Assembly (NCBI GenBank): GCA_964016885.1
Contig: OZ024747.1
Span: 67,952,001-68,016,000 of the forward strand
Reading direction: 5' to 3'
Length of the DNA stretch: 64,000 bases
From: Eledone cirrhosa
Taxonomy: Eukaryota
This document shows positions 40,434 to 54,023 of the stretch, piece after piece. Positions within the stretch are counted from its first letter, which is position 1. Each line of letters opens with the position of its first letter. The notes below the pieces were generated by a model that saw only the letters and a program-made list of their open reading frames with translations, ran no database searches and had not been told where the DNA came from. Made by a program: the position numbers and the translations under genes.

Positions 40434-40635
40434 CATTGCCACCAAGTCTACAGTTTTTAGATGAAAATTGAAAATTTCGCCCCAGAAAGGGGCGAAAATT
40501 AGTTGACTCAACGTCTGACGGCCCAGGCAAGGGGTTAAACTAAACAATGTTATTAAATTGAGCAATAAACTCACAGTTTTTTTGACAACAATCCGTAAAA
40601 ATCCGGAGCAAAGTAAATCACGTCTATATCAAGTG

Positions 40636-41070
40636 GTAATTGATATAGAGAGGGTGAGAGATTGCTAGCGATTGTTAGAGTAAGATGGAATGAGAGAGAG
40701 TGTTGTATGGTACATATAAAGAGGGGGATAGTTTGGTAGTAATTGATATATAGAGGGGGATTTGGAGATATAGAGATGTGTAGATTCCAATGCTATTAGA
40801 TATATGGGAGAGATAAATATGCTAAATATACAGAGGGGATTGGGAGAAACAGTTTCGTAAAATATATAGAGGGAGGGGGTGATAGAGCGAGAACGATTAC
40901 GAGAGAATGTGGTAGAGATGGCTAGAGGGAGAGTTTGGAGATGATTGATATAAAGAGGGGGATTGGGGGAGTGTTTTATATGTTAGATATAGAAAGAGGG
41001 AGAATTTGGTGGTTGTAGATATGGAGAAAGGATAATGGGAGAGTGCCGTGTAAGTAGACATAGAGAGAGT
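40636..41070. repeat. Degenerate purine-rich tandem repeat (gatatagagagggg...), continuing at 34790-34915
   Basis: Recurrent gatatagagagggggag/attgg units on both sides of the LINE. Confidence 0.7.
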
Positions 41071-41298
41071 TCCAAATAAAGGGGGGGGGGTAAGGGAGAA
41101 GAATCGGTAATTATATAGTTTACGTTTGTAAATATGGGATTTCTCGTAATGTTCTTTTTTTGTCGTATATAATGTTTTTTTAATGTAAAATAAAATAATT
41201 AGACCTGAGAGTACGTGAATTATTGACAGACGTAAGAATGAAAACTCAACACCGAAGTAGAGTTTAAAAATTCATTTATTATGACTAAGTGGTGAATG

Positions 41299-41345
41299 TT
41301 GTTACTCTGGAGTTTCACCTGCGTACTTACAAGATCATCAGACAA
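41299..41345 (-). ncRNA. Type I hammerhead in fold-back 41291-41398 (mutated mirror copy on plus)
   Basis: TTGT CTGATGA tCTTGT-aagtac-GCAGGt GAAA CTC-CA-GAG TA ACAA. Confidence 0.65.
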
Positions 41346-42839
41346 GACTGGTGATCCTGTGAGTGCACAGGTGAAACTTTAGAGTAACACAGTTCACCAA
41401 TAACCATCTGCATTTAGGTGGATGTCTTATGTATGTATGTGTTGTGTCCGTGTGTGTGTTTTCGTGTTTTGTTTGTTTTCTCTACACGTATGGGTGACCT
41501 AATGATTAGGGTGCTAGACTCATGATCGAATAAAGCACCAGTAATGCACTGGGGTCGATTTAATCGACTTTCCCCCTTCGCTTCAAATTGCTGTTTTTGT
41601 GCGAAAAGTAGAAACAATTATTGTTGGGCCTCCATCGGTTCCAACGAGGAGAGTACCAGTTGTTGGACTATCGGAACAGCCTGCTCATGAAATGAACGTG
41701 CAAGTGGCTGAGCAATCAACAAACGCATGTACCCTTAATGTAATTCTCAGTCATATTGAGCGTGACAGAGTGTTTAAGAAGGTATACCTCCTTTCTGCCA
41801 GCTTGGTGAATTAGAGCACCATGAAATAAAGTGTCTTGCTCAAGGACACAACACGTCACTGAAAATTGAACATCTCCTTACAATCGTGAGTCAAACATTC
41901 TAATCACGAAGCCTCGCACCTTCATATGAATAACGTATTGCAGTGGCAATCGTTATGTAGCGACCCTCGACGGCTCGGAGTTGTGTATAATCTATAAATA
42001 TGTGATGCAATAATCTAAATAAAATACATTGACTTCCCAACTAAAGTTCACACAGCTTATAATCTATGTTGATAAATACATGTCTAACTTTGCTGCATGA
42101 GCAGGCTGGCGAATTAAAGAAGCAACACATCAGATTTATAATACGACGTGTGTGGGCGCGTGTGTGTGTGTGGACAGATTTTGTAGATATCAGCACCCTA
42201 TACCTATACCATCGCTACTCTAGTGGTACATGACCAGAAAATGTGGGAGAACGCTCTCTAGTGTGCAGAACCCCAGGCGCGAGCCGCACAGAGATCCTGG
42301 CGGACAGAATGAAGAAAGCGTTCACAAGCTCTTTCCTACAGGTGACCAACTCCCCCTCGGTAACAGCGAGTTGGGGAATGGTTGAGAGATCAAGATGCTA
42401 GAAGTCCCCACCGTTATAAGCTAGAAGACAACCAAGACATTATGATAAAGATGATGGTTGTGGAACTTAATATTCTCTACTCGACTGAATGCAGCAATAA
42501 CAGAGAGTCTGTATACGTTGTGAATTATCTTAGCATATTATATGATGTTGTATAAAATACTGATCAAAATGATGCGTGGTTTAGTAGTTGGAGATTTTTC
42601 TGCACCACCGTATGGTTATGAGTTCGATTCCGGGTGATGAGTTATATTCTTGAGCAATTCATCTCAGCTGGAAAAAAAAGAAGAGTTGTACCTGTAATTC
42701 ATAGGACCAGGTTTGTCACACACTGTGTCATGCTGATCTCCCTGAGAACAATGCTAAGTGGGTGCATGTGCGTGTGGTATGTTCAGCTACATGCATATTA
42801 ATTTACGCGGACAAGTTGTTCTGTTGAATAAATCGATTT

Positions 42840-43355
42840 CGAGTAATGCCATCGCTTGATACTTAAGCATGAGCATCATGGCTTCTTAATCCTGCTAGGG
42901 ACTTGCCTATGGCCAGCAATGCCATCATCGCAAAGAATGTCACATATCAAGCGATGCCTGCGCTTGTGGCTTTTTTAATTGAGCAAAGGCTTTGCACAGG
43001 GACAGTCCCACTCTCTGAACATCGAATGCATTTATGCCAAAAGAATAACTGGTCTACATTATTGGATGCAAATGAAGTCGCAGGTTTTATACCAGGGTGA
43101 CCTTCTCCTAGAGAGATGTCTTAATAAAGGCAAGGAGTCTCTCATTCTACAAAAAAACAACCTTATTGGATGACCGTTGTCTCTCTTGCGTACCTCCACG
43201 CTTTGACAGGTTTTGCTTTTCATCCCACAGGGTGTTCAAAATTACCCTCCTCCCCAAGCAAGCTTGGTAGAGTTGCCGGTTTTGTCCCCGACGACCCGAC
43301 CGTGCACAGGTTGTACTGGGTTACATGTTACCAGTAGTGCTGAAGAGCAACCTGA
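42840..43355 (-). mobile_element. Non-coding dispersed repeat adjoining (CATA)n
   Basis: Homologous to 53293-53780, 52615-53196 and 34609-34790. Confidence 0.8.
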
Positions 43356-43980
43356 CATAACATACATACATACATGCATATATGCCTACATACATGCCTA
43401 CATACATACATGCATACATAAATTCACAGTAAGGTACTTACGTAAGTATAGTATATCCACACTTGTTACTTGACTGAATGTGCCAAGTAGACAAAAAATG
43501 ATTTTGTTTCTCTAAATTCTTGGAGACTTTTTGCTTAACACTTTTTGCTAACCACTCGACCACACGCCTTCACGTAAAAGTAGTATCTGTAGACGACAAA
43601 TGAACTGTTATATGAATCGAGCTGCACCCAGATTTCAGACGAGAGGTATATTAGGAAAGATTGCTTAGAAATGTCACGTAAAACGCCAGTTGGAAAAAAA
43701 AAAAAAAATACAGAAAATAGAGAGAAAAACCGCGAATGGTTAAAATAAACTTGGATAAATTCGAGATAAATTCACTTTTATCGTAAACATATTAAAGCAA
43801 TGCCAACATATGGTTCGTATAACGTAAGGTGTCGTTTTGTAAGAAGAGCGTCCCTTGAGGTATAGGACGAACAGACTAGAAATAAGAATGGCGAGGTGAT
43901 AATACAGTCTGGGTGGGGTGTTAGAAAAAAGAGAATAGGACAGGATAAAGTAAACAAACCTAAATATCATGTACATGCAC

Positions 43981-44078
<98 letters not shown>

Positions 44079-44132
44079 TTATATATTTATGTATGTATAT
44101 ATATATATTTATATATTTATGTATACATATAT

Positions 44133-44191
<59 letters not shown>

Positions 44192-44219
44192 GTTATGTAT
44201 ACATGTATCTATATATATA

Positions 44220-44286
<67 letters not shown>

Positions 44287-44291
44287 GTGTA

Positions 44292-44354
<63 letters not shown>

Positions 44355-44514
44355 TATGTGTGCGTGAGCGCTTACATAAATACCATAAATACTAACGTGA
44401 ACACGCTATCTTAAAGATATCATATTTATCATTGAGATTGGATTTTGTATGGCACACCATATGTCATTTTGTCCAATTTTGCCTGCTTCCTGTTCGTAAT
44501 AGCAACAAAAAGTT

Positions 44515-45250
44515 TGTGGTAGCAATGATTCCACTGACACTGATGTTGAGAAGAAAGACAAAGATGTTTTATGACCTAAAGAAAGGAGGAGATAGGGTCA
44601 ATAACCTTCTCTTCATGGACGATTATGAATTGTTTGTGAAAAGTGAAGATGAAATAGTCATCTTGGTAAATGTCGTTAGAATATTTTTAGATAATATCAA
44701 GAGGGAATTTGGAGAGAAGGAATTACGATGCCAGATGGTAACATGATGAAATGGGTTAAAGAAGGAAGAGGATATAAATATCTTAGAATATTGGAAGCAG
44801 ATGGAATAAGGCTTGGAGAGATGAAGGACCAGGCAAGCAGAGTATGTATGACGATTGAGGACAATATTAAATCAAATCTCAACTGTGGGAATATGATCTC
44901 TGCTATCAACTCAACAGCAGTGTCTATCATTAGATATGGAGTTGGCATCATAGGTTGGATGAAGGCAGAGTTGGAGGCTTTGGATCTCAAAATAAGGAAG
45001 CTGCTGACGATGTTTGGAACATATTACCCCAAGACAGATGTCTTGAAATGGAAGAGTTAGAGCAATATTTACATGTGCCCAGTGAGGAGTTATTGAGGGC
45101 AGTGAACAGAACAGGTTTATTGGGAACTAACACTGGTGATAAAAGTAAAGAAACGGTACATATGAGGGCAAGGCACTACATGGGTGGTTCAGAAAGTTAC
45201 AGATGGTGTGAGAGGAATGAAATCTTGAGATTGGCTAAAAAAGGGTAGAT
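44515..45250 (+). mobile_element. R4/Dong-like non-LTR RT relic
   Basis: FVVAMIPLT...VNNLLFMDD...YKYLRILEAD...LNCGNMISAINSTAVSIIRYGVGIIGW...ELEALDLKIRKLLT; frameshifted. Confidence 0.75.
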
Positions 45251-46328
45251 ATAATTATACGATGTAACCCCAGCAGATAGGGTCCACCTATGGGAGTCAT
45301 GCCGTATATAATGTGAAGGTGCGTAGCTTAGTGGTTAAAGTAATCGTCTCAAGATCGTAAGTTCCATTCCTGGACCGAGTAGTGCGTTGTCTCTTTGAGC
45401 AAATTACTTCATTTCATGTTGCGCCAGTCCACTCTGTTTTTTCACTTGTCACCCAGTATTGTCCTACCAAATTCGCTGAGAACTACATTAAGTTATATAT
45501 GTCTGTGGAACACTCAGCTACTTTCAGTTAAATTTCACGAGCATGCTGTTCAGTTATTGGAACTACAGGAACACTCGTCGACAGAAGCGACGGAGGTCCA
45601 CTAACAGCAGTATATAATATTGGCCTGGTGATTTATTTATTTCTTCATCCCAAATTAGTCGTTCAATTTCAGCAGGAGTCACTGGCTGTTCGTCAAGCCA
45701 TCTTGTCCACGGGGTACGGCTGTGATGTACCACTCAACCGAGAGTGTAGAGTTTAGGCCTTCTTTTTTTTCTTCTTTTTATTTAATTTCAGACATCTTGC
45801 CTAGTCTCTAAAAAGAACTATTTTATCTTGTTATATTTTATTTTATTTTATTTTTTCCCTTCTTCTCTGATACCGACGATCTATCTATTTCAGCATCAAG
45901 TGACATATTGAACCTCATTTGCCTGTAAACCAATACAAACAACAAAATAAAGACGGACTACCACTAAACAACCGTCGCCTCGTTCACTGTTCAGTCCCCT
46001 GCAGATTTCACTAAAAACATTTCCCACGATTTCAGCTGACACAAGATATTGGTGTAAATTTCTCTCAGACTTTTACCTACTTTACTTCAGTTTGTGTGTA
46101 ACATTAGACATTATTTCCATTCTGCTCTGAACCTCTTTTTCAGCCCTGCTCTGAAAACGTCATGTTATGTTAAATGAAAAGAAACTTCACTCCCTGAAAT
46201 AATAAATAAATTGTTATATAATATGAGTCGACTCTTCCGGTCTATCTTCCTCCATTTTCTTTTCATTTCGGTCAATTTGGATGCATATACAGAATATATT
46301 ATATGCATCATATATATATATATATATA

Positions 46329-46490
46329 GGAACGAGTAGGACCCCGACGGCTGAGGTCAAGCCGTTTCGACGGCTAATTCTGGACTGAATGTCCAGAATT
46401 AGCCGTCGAAACGGCTTGAGCTCAGCTACCCTAAGTATTGAGTACTTTGGTGTGTTATCGTCCACCTGGTTCCTTACCACATTTCCTTCG

Positions 46491-46492
<2 letters not shown>
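46329..46492 (+). mobile_element. Fold-back PLE pLTR mini-insertion in (TA)n, with internal deletion
   Basis: Inverted arm ends ttcc|TA; forward arm ends ttcgt|TA; homologous to 2866-3002. Confidence 0.9.
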
Positions 46493-46541
<49 letters not shown>

Positions 46542-46626
46542 GAGTATATATTAGTGGTATATATGGTATATATGAAGGCATAACCGATATGTTTAAGTAT
46601 AATAATTAATGAATAATTAAATAATT

Positions 46627-46673
46627 AATGTCACTGATGACGGATAAAAATCAAGAAATACGTGTCTGACATT
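46627..46673 (+). ncRNA. Type I hammerhead ribozyme
   Basis: AATGTCA CTGATGA CGGAT-AAAA-ATCAA GAAA TACGTG TC TGACATT; 7-bp stem I; stem II base degenerate. Confidence 0.72.
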
Positions 46674-47009
46674 CTCACCGGCTACTGAGATAGCTATCAC
46701 ATGATCATATCTTAAAACATCCATAGCGAGCTTTTGTATATTCATTACACATAAACATATCGTGTGTACCTTCATATACACTACTAATATGTATATATTT
46801 GAGTGTGTGTAGGGATATATATATAAATCATCACCCTCATCATCTTTGATTAATGTCTAAGTTTTTTTAGATTTTCTCCTCCCATAAGATCTATCGACTT
46901 CGAGCGCTTTGTATTTCTTTATGCAGCTATCATCCGCGATACACACCACATGTTTATACCAACGTTGTCTCATAAACACTGCATCTGATTCCTCATATGC
47001 AATCTTTCT

Positions 47010-47350
47010 CTCAACACATTGATGCCTTGTCATTCATGTATACTACTATTTTAGTAGTATACACGAGGAGCGTGCTCACTTTATTTCTTTTCAATCTTTG
47101 TAAGTCCTCCGCACACAAATCCCAAACCTCACTTTCATGCTGCACTGCCGTTCGCACACAAGCATTATAAAATCTGCTTTTCGTTCTGAGCTTGAAACCG
47201 TTTATAGCTAGCAATGTTAGTCACTCCCTGGACTTTTTCTAGTTGGTCCTCACTTTCAGTACTATACTGTCAAAACATGGGCTTCCACAGTTAATTTGGT
47301 CACCCAAGTAGCAGAAGCTGTTAAGTACCTCTGGGAAACTACCTGATCAT
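47010..47350 (-). mobile_element. Degenerate RTE-like LINE fragment
   Basis: SFCYLGDQI...GFKLRTKSRFYNACVRTAVQHESEVW...LQRLKRN. Confidence 0.6.
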
Positions 47351-47377
47351 TTTATTGGGCTTGTTTCATGTGAACTC

Positions 47378-47545
47378 TTGCTGCACATAGCTCCTGTGCA
47401 TGTGTCACATAGAAAGCCCTTGCTACTCACAGCTCCTGTGCATGTGTCACATACAAAGGTCTTGCTACTCACAGCTCCTGTGCATGTGTCACATACAAAG
47501 GTCTTGCTACTCACAGCTCCTGTGCATGTGTCACATACAAAGCTT
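47378..47545 (+). repeat. 42-bp minisatellite, ~4 copies
   Basis: Unit ttgctactcacagctcctgtgcatgtgtcacatacaaaggtc. Confidence 0.92.
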
Positions 47546-47802
47546 GCATTCCTTGCTAGCTGCCCGTGATTCCACTACATCTCATTTCTTACATAAGATG
47601 AACTTCTTACTTATTCATTCACCTGTATACCGAGCATAGCCATTTCCCTGGGGGAATTGGAGTCCTGTTTCTTTTTTTACTTACTGGGACTTTAGTGTTT
47701 GTCAAATTGTAAATACATTTTCACTCTCCCTATCTCTCCTCCCCTCTTTCTCTTTCACTCTCTCTCTCTCGCTCTCTCTATCGCTCGCTCTCTCTCTATC
47801 TC

Positions 47803-47842
<40 letters not shown>

Positions 47843-48651
47843 AGTCTCTCTCACTCACTCTCTCTCTCTCTATATATATATATGTGTGTGTGTGTGTGTA
47901 TGTGTGTGTGTATGTGTGTGTTTGTGTGTTTGTATGTTTGTGTTTATGTGCGCATATATATATATGTTTGTGTGTGTGTGTGTGTGTGCCTATATATACG
48001 CATGCATGCATGCATGCGTGTGTATGTGTGTGTGTGTGTGGATGTGGATGTGGATGTGGATGTATATATGTATGAATGTTTAGGGAACTTCTATTCGCAC
48101 CACTACCACCAGGGTCATAGTGTAACAAGTTGCTTAGCTTTTAGAATATATTTTTGCTGAGCCCTGGTTTCTGTTGAATATGATATCGTATGTAAGGTGA
48201 GGTGTCCTTTTAGACTTAGTATAAGAGGCAGATAGATAGAGAGGGCGAGAGAGAGAAAGAGAGAAAGAAAGCAGAAAAGTGAAGGGGAGAGAGACTGAGA
48301 AATTTAGAGAGAGTATGAGGAGGGAGGGAAAGAAGGAGGAAAATTGATATATATATATATACACACACACAAACACACACAAACACACATATATATATAT
48401 AGAGAGAGAGACAGAGAGAGAGAGTCAGATAGAGAGAGAGACAGACAGAGAGAGAGGGAGACAGAGAGAGAGAGAGGGAGAGAGAGAGAGAGACAGACAG
48501 ACAGAGAAAGAGAGAGCGACAGAGAGAGAGATGGTGTTAGAGATTTTAGGGGTGGAGAAAAATTTAAGGGGATGGAAGGATATGTGTACGATTTTCTGGG
48601 TTGAGGGGGCTTGGCATTGACATATATTTATACAGAGGGTGGGGTATAGTG

Positions 48652-50285
48652 ATGTGGTGGTGGTGGTGGTGGTGGTGGTGGTGGTGGTGGTGGTTGTAGT
48701 GGTGGGTGGTGGTGGCGGTGGTAGTGGTGGTGGTGGTGGTGGTGGTGGTGGTGGTTGTAGTGGTGGCGGTGGTGGTGGGTGGTGGTGGTGGGTGGTGGTG
48801 GTGATAGTAGTGATATTAGCGTTGGTGGTGGTGGTGGTGGTGGTTGTAGTGGTGGGTGGTGGTGGCGGTGGTAGTGGTGGTGGTGGTGGTGGTGGTTGTA
48901 GTGGTGGCGGTGGTGGTGGTGGTGGTGGTGGTGGTGGTGGTGGTGGGTGGTGGGTGGTGGTGGTGATAGTAGTGATATTAGCGTTGGTGGTGGTGGTGGA
49001 TGTGATGGTTATAACGGTTATGGTGCCGGTGGTGGTCGTCTGGGATGGAAGTGAGAGGGAGGGGGAAGCTCCTTATATTAAAGTATTACATAGAAAGTTA
49101 TCCCCTCCCCGTAAAAGACTCTCTACACCACCAGGCCCCCACTTCATCCAAATAACAACAACAACAACAACTACAACAACAACAAAATATAATGTAAGAA
49201 GGAATTATGCAAGTAAGCAGTTTAACAAGGACTGGAGACTTTCCCCAGCGTGAGAATAATGATGATGGTGGTGGTGGTGGTGGTGATGGTGGTGGTTGTG
49301 GTGGTGGTGGTGGTGGTGGTGGTGGTGGTGGTGGTGATGGTGGTGGCGTTGGTGGTGGTGGTGGTGGTGGTGGTGGCGTTGGTGGTGGTGGTGGTGGTGG
49401 TGGTGGTGGTGGTGGTGGTGGTGGTGGTGGTGGTTGTGGTGGTGGTGGTGGTGATGATGGTGGTGGTGGTGGTGGTGGTGGTGGTGGTGGTGGTGGTGGC
49501 GTTGGTGGTGGTGGTGGTGGTGGTGGTGGTGGTGGTGGTGATGGTGGTGGTGGTGGTGGCGTTGGTGGTGGTGGTGGTGGTGGCGTTGGTGGTATATTAG
49601 CGTTATTGCTGTGGTGGTGGTGGTGGTGGTGGTGGTGGTGGTATATTAGCGTGATTGCTGTGGTGGCGTTGGTGGTGGTGGCGTTGGTGGTATATTAGCG
49701 TGGTGGTGGTGGTGGTGGCGTTGGTGGTGGTGGTGGTGATGATGGTGGTGATGATGGTGGTGGTGGTGGTGGTGGTGGTGATGGTGGTGGCGTTGGTGGT
49801 GGTGGTGGTGGTGGCGTTGGTGGTGGTGGTGGTGGTGGTGGTGGTGGTGGTGGTGGTGGTGGTGGTGGTGGCGTTGGTGGTGGTGGTGGTGGTGGTGGTG
49901 GTGGTGATGGTGGCGGCGGCGTTGAGGGTAATGATGGTGATTGCCGTGGTGGTGGTAATGGTAGTGGCGATGATGGTGGTGTTGGTGTTGGGGGAGGGGG
50001 GGTGGAGGTGTTGGTGGTGTTGAGGGGGGAGCGTGGTAGTGGTGGTGATGATGGTGGTGGTGGTGGTTGTGGTGGTGGTGGTGGTTGTGGTGGTGGTGGT
50101 GGTGATGGCAGTGGTGGTGGTGGTGGTGATGGTGGTGGTGGTGGAGGTGATGGCAGTGGTGGTGGTGGTGGAGGTGATGATAGTATTGTTGTTGTTGTTG
50201 GTGGTGGTGGTGATGGCAGTGGTGGTGGTGATGATAGTGTTGTTGTTGTTGGTGGTGGTAGTGGTGGTGGTGGTGATGGTGATGG

Positions 50286-50316
<31 letters not shown>

Positions 50317-50395
50317 GGTGGTGGTGGTGCAGCAGCGGTGGTGGTGGTGGTAGTTGTGGTAGTGGTGGTTGTGATTGTAGTGGTGGTAGTGGTGT
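48652..50395. repeat. (GGT)n-based trinucleotide arrays
   Basis: Visible; interrupted at ~49040-49250. Confidence 0.95.
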
Positions 50396-51100
50396 TAATA
50401 TAAGCGGTGGAGTCTGTAGAGACAGCGGTGGTTATGTTATGTGTATGTGTGGGGTGGGGACAATGGTGTAGGTGTGGTTAGGTGTTAGGACTCGAAACAG
50501 TGGTGAGAGTGCAATTACAGAAATGGTGCGGCTAAGGCAGATATTGTAGTTATTATAGTTGTTGTATATTGGTATCACAGCTTACAACCACGTTGTGGCT
50601 ACTGTCGTCGCTGTTGTTGTTGTTGTTATTGCTGAAAGTACTTTTATGTTTGGCTTTGGAACCAAAGAATAATAGAAATATATTTATACAGAATTCTGTC
50701 ATTTCTTCTGTCATTTATTCTATATTTGATGTGTGAGCATGCATTCCAGGGTGGGTAAGAATTGTCTTGTGCTATTATGAAATCCAGGTTGGAAGCTCCA
50801 ACAAGTGTTTCTAACATAGCCACTGGTTAACCCAAGCCTTGTGAGAGAAATTGGCGTAGACGGAAACTGTGTGGAAGCCCAATTAATGGTGCAGTCTACA
50901 GAAGGTACCTTTGATAGTATATGTCGACACTACAGACGTGTCCCAGTGTTCTGAGATACCAGTGACGCTACAAAAGTTTCCCAATATTCTGATATATAGA
51001 AGTACATCTGAAACTAGTATTTCAGAGAAATTGTGGGGAGGTTTGTACTAAAGGGCTACATTGAATATCTGAAACTCTTTGAAGTAACTTAGTACAACTA

Positions 51101-51544
51101 CAAGTGTAAGTAAAAAATGATCTGCACTTTCGCCATAACATATCTTTAAATTTGTCACAATGCCTTCTGCTCATGCGTGCTTATAGTTAGTACTCTATTA
51201 GTCACGTGATGGAAGTTTGAGCTTGATCTCACCAATTTTATTGCTATTGTTACATGGATTGGCAGTATCGGTAGAGGGTCAGATTCCATGCTTTGCAGCA
51301 AAGAGCTACGGCCCTTTATGGTCTGAGTTCAAATCTCGCCGAGGTTAACTTTGCTTTTAATCCTTACGGGGTCGATAAAATAAAGCACCAGTAATACACT
51401 GGGATAATTGCTGGTCTTGTGCCAAAAGTAGAAACAATTGTTACAGTGTAAACCAATTATAAGCACGCATGAGAATCCCAGTCAATGCGACAAACCTAAA
51501 GATATGTTATGGCGAAAGTGCGAATCATTTTTTACTTACCCTCG
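51101..51544. mobile_element. Tc1/mariner-type MITE with a nested SINE
   Basis: ~85-bp TIRs; right end reads TA|CGAGGGTAAGTAAAAAATGA on minus, left ta|caagtgtaagtaaaaaatga. SINE 51255-51436 is flanked by TSD ATTGTTACA. Confidence 0.8.
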
Positions 51545-51891
51545 TACAATAGAACCGAGTTTGTTTATAAATGTAAGACCAGAGAGAGGCTTAACTTCCG
51601 GCACTCATGAGTAAGACGTGTTTGTAGACAATGCAGACGTAGTGCTGGAGGTGCTGTGATATAGTGCTGCAGCCTTTCTCTTCAAGTACACACTGAGATA
51701 GTTTCGTATTATATGTTAACATAGACGTGTTGCATCCACACCATAGCTGTGAGAAATTAGATAGCAATGTTGATTGGATTGTTATAAGATACTAACACAC
51801 ATTTCACGCATCTATACATATATACGCATTTAAGTACGCACGCATGTACGTGCACAGACACATACACATACATACATACATACATACATAA

Positions 51892-51967
<76 letters not shown>

Positions 51968-52143
51968 TACACACACTGAAGTAAAAGTTAAGTGGAAATA
52001 TCCAAGAATAAGAGCACTCAGTCCATAGGACGAATTTAGTATAAATAATTACCACAGTCACATAAACAGGTACTCAAGTTTTGTTGGGTTCTGGGCCCCA
52101 ATTTCTTCAGCCTGTCGTGAGAAAAATACTTATTTTTCTCATG

Positions 52144-52193
52144 ACAGGCTGAAGAAATTGGGACCCAGAACCCAACAAAACTTGAGTACCTGT
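52144..52193 (+). ncRNA. Degenerate hammerhead in palindrome 52061-52198 (mirror copy 52066-52115)
   Basis: ACAGG CTGAAGA aATTGGG...CCCAAC AAAA CTTGAG TA CCTGT; G12>A, so probably inactive. Confidence 0.65.
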
Positions 52194-52317
52194 TTATGTC
52201 ACCGTTATAATTATATATATATATATATATCAAAATAAAGATCCGAAGGCATGGTATAAAATTCCAATCATTTTAATATCAACACACACATACACACACA
52301 TATATATATAGTGGAGG

Positions 52318-52600
52318 TAGGCACGTGGCCTAGTGGTAGGGGTGTTGGACATACGATCATAATGTCGAGGGCTCGATTCCTGGGCTGCATGTTGTGTTCT
52401 TGAGCAAAACACTTCATTTCACATTGCTCCAGTATACTCACCTGAAAATGAGTACCAGCAATAGCTGGAGGTTTAACCCTGCGATGGACTGGCGTCCTGT
52501 CCAGGGGGGGAGTCTTGTACTCTCAGTCGCTTGACGCCATGAAACCGGGATAAGCACCGGCCAAATGAGCCTTCTGGCTTAAGGCAGACTTTAGACTTTT
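52318..52600 (+). mobile_element. tRNA-derived SINE with V/Meta-like conserved central domain
   Basis: A-box TGGCCTAGTGG, B-box GGCTCGATTCC, motif cctgcgatggactggcgtcctgtccagggg. Confidence 0.75.
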
Positions 52601-52614
52601 TATATATATTTATG

Positions 52615-53895
52615 TGATGGCTGCCCCCTCGCTATCGAGTATGTCCATTGTACGATATAACATTATTAATAATTATCAATTAATTCTATCGTGCAATGCT
52701 GTGCGTGAAGATTTTTTTAAAGTGAGGAAAGACTGTGCACAGAGCCAATCCCACTCTCTGAGCGACAGTAGTTGTAACCTGAAAAGAAGAAAAGATCAAC
52801 ATCATCGGTAATTACTGAGCCGTAGGTTTTATGTTGGAGTTATCCCAGTTTCCTGAGTTGCCTCCTCCTAGAAGAATGCTCTGACAAAGGCTAGGGGTCC
52901 TTCACTCCCAGTGGTTTAACCGCGCGATCAGGTATCCAGCTCGACTATTTCTGTGCCCCCGCGCATATACACACATATGTACATGCGTACATACATATTT
53001 ACACATTTTTGGATGGCCGTTGACTCTTATGAGTTCTACCACTCTTTGTCAGGTTTTGTTTTTTGTCCTGCAGGGTGTCCAAAATCACCCTCCTCACCAA
53101 GTAAATTTGGTGGGGTTGCCGGTTTAGTCGCCAACGATCCGACTATGCGACAGGTTGTACTGGGTTATATGTTACCAGTAGCACTCAAGAGTGTCCATAC
53201 ATACATACATACATACATACATACATACATACACACATACATACATACATACATACATACATACATACATACATACATACATACATACATACATGATGAT
53301 GGCTGCAACTTGGTTTCGAGTAATGCCATCGCTTGATACTTAAGTATGAACATCACGGACGTAGCTTTTTAGTCCAGGGAGGGACTTGTCTGTTGTCAGC
53401 AATACCATGCATCGCAAAAATATGTCACATATCACGTGAGGAAAGGCTTTGCACGGGACCAATCCCACTCTCTGAACATTGAATGCATTTACCCAAAAAG
53501 TAGAACTGGTCTACATCATTGGATGCCAACGAAGCCGCAGGTTTTATATCAGGGTGACCTTCTCTGAGAGAGATGTTTTAATGTAGACTACACACACACA
53601 CAAAATTATTGAATGGCCGTTTACTTTTCTGAGTTCCTCCGTCCTTTGACGGGTTTTGTTTTTCATCCAACAGCGTGTCCAAAATCACCCTCCTCACCAA
53701 GCCAGTTTGGTGGGGTTGCCGGTTTAGTCGACGATGACCCGACCATGCACAGGGTGTACCAGGTTACATGTTACCAGTAGTTCATACATACATACACACA
53801 TGCATACATACACACACACACATACATACATACATACATTCATACATACATACATGATGGCTGCCCCCTCGTTATCGAGTATGGCCATTGCACGA
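52615..53895 (-). mobile_element. Tandem copies of a ~500-580 bp non-coding element separated by (CATA)n
   Basis: Units start tgatggctgc at ~52615, 53298 and 53855, and end gttaccagtag + (CATA)n. Confidence 0.8.
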
Positions 53896-53946
53896 GAAAA
53901 AATAAAAGAAAATTAATAAATAAAAAATAAAAGAAAAGAAAAAAAG

Positions 53947-54023
<77 letters not shown>

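Larger units (their letters stand above)
34920..40635 (-). mobile_element. Near full-length Tx1/L1-clade LINE, disrupted
   Basis: ORF1 pieces with CCHC knuckle; ORF2 APE + RT + Cys-rich C-terminus; 3' end gtggcaaataaatagaaa; putative 5' end cacttgatatagacgtg. Confidence 0.93.

Noticed and set aside
48639-50403. Gly/Val-rich ORFs resembling structural proteins
   Set aside because: Pure (GGT)n, open in several frames, with no codon variation or splice evidence.
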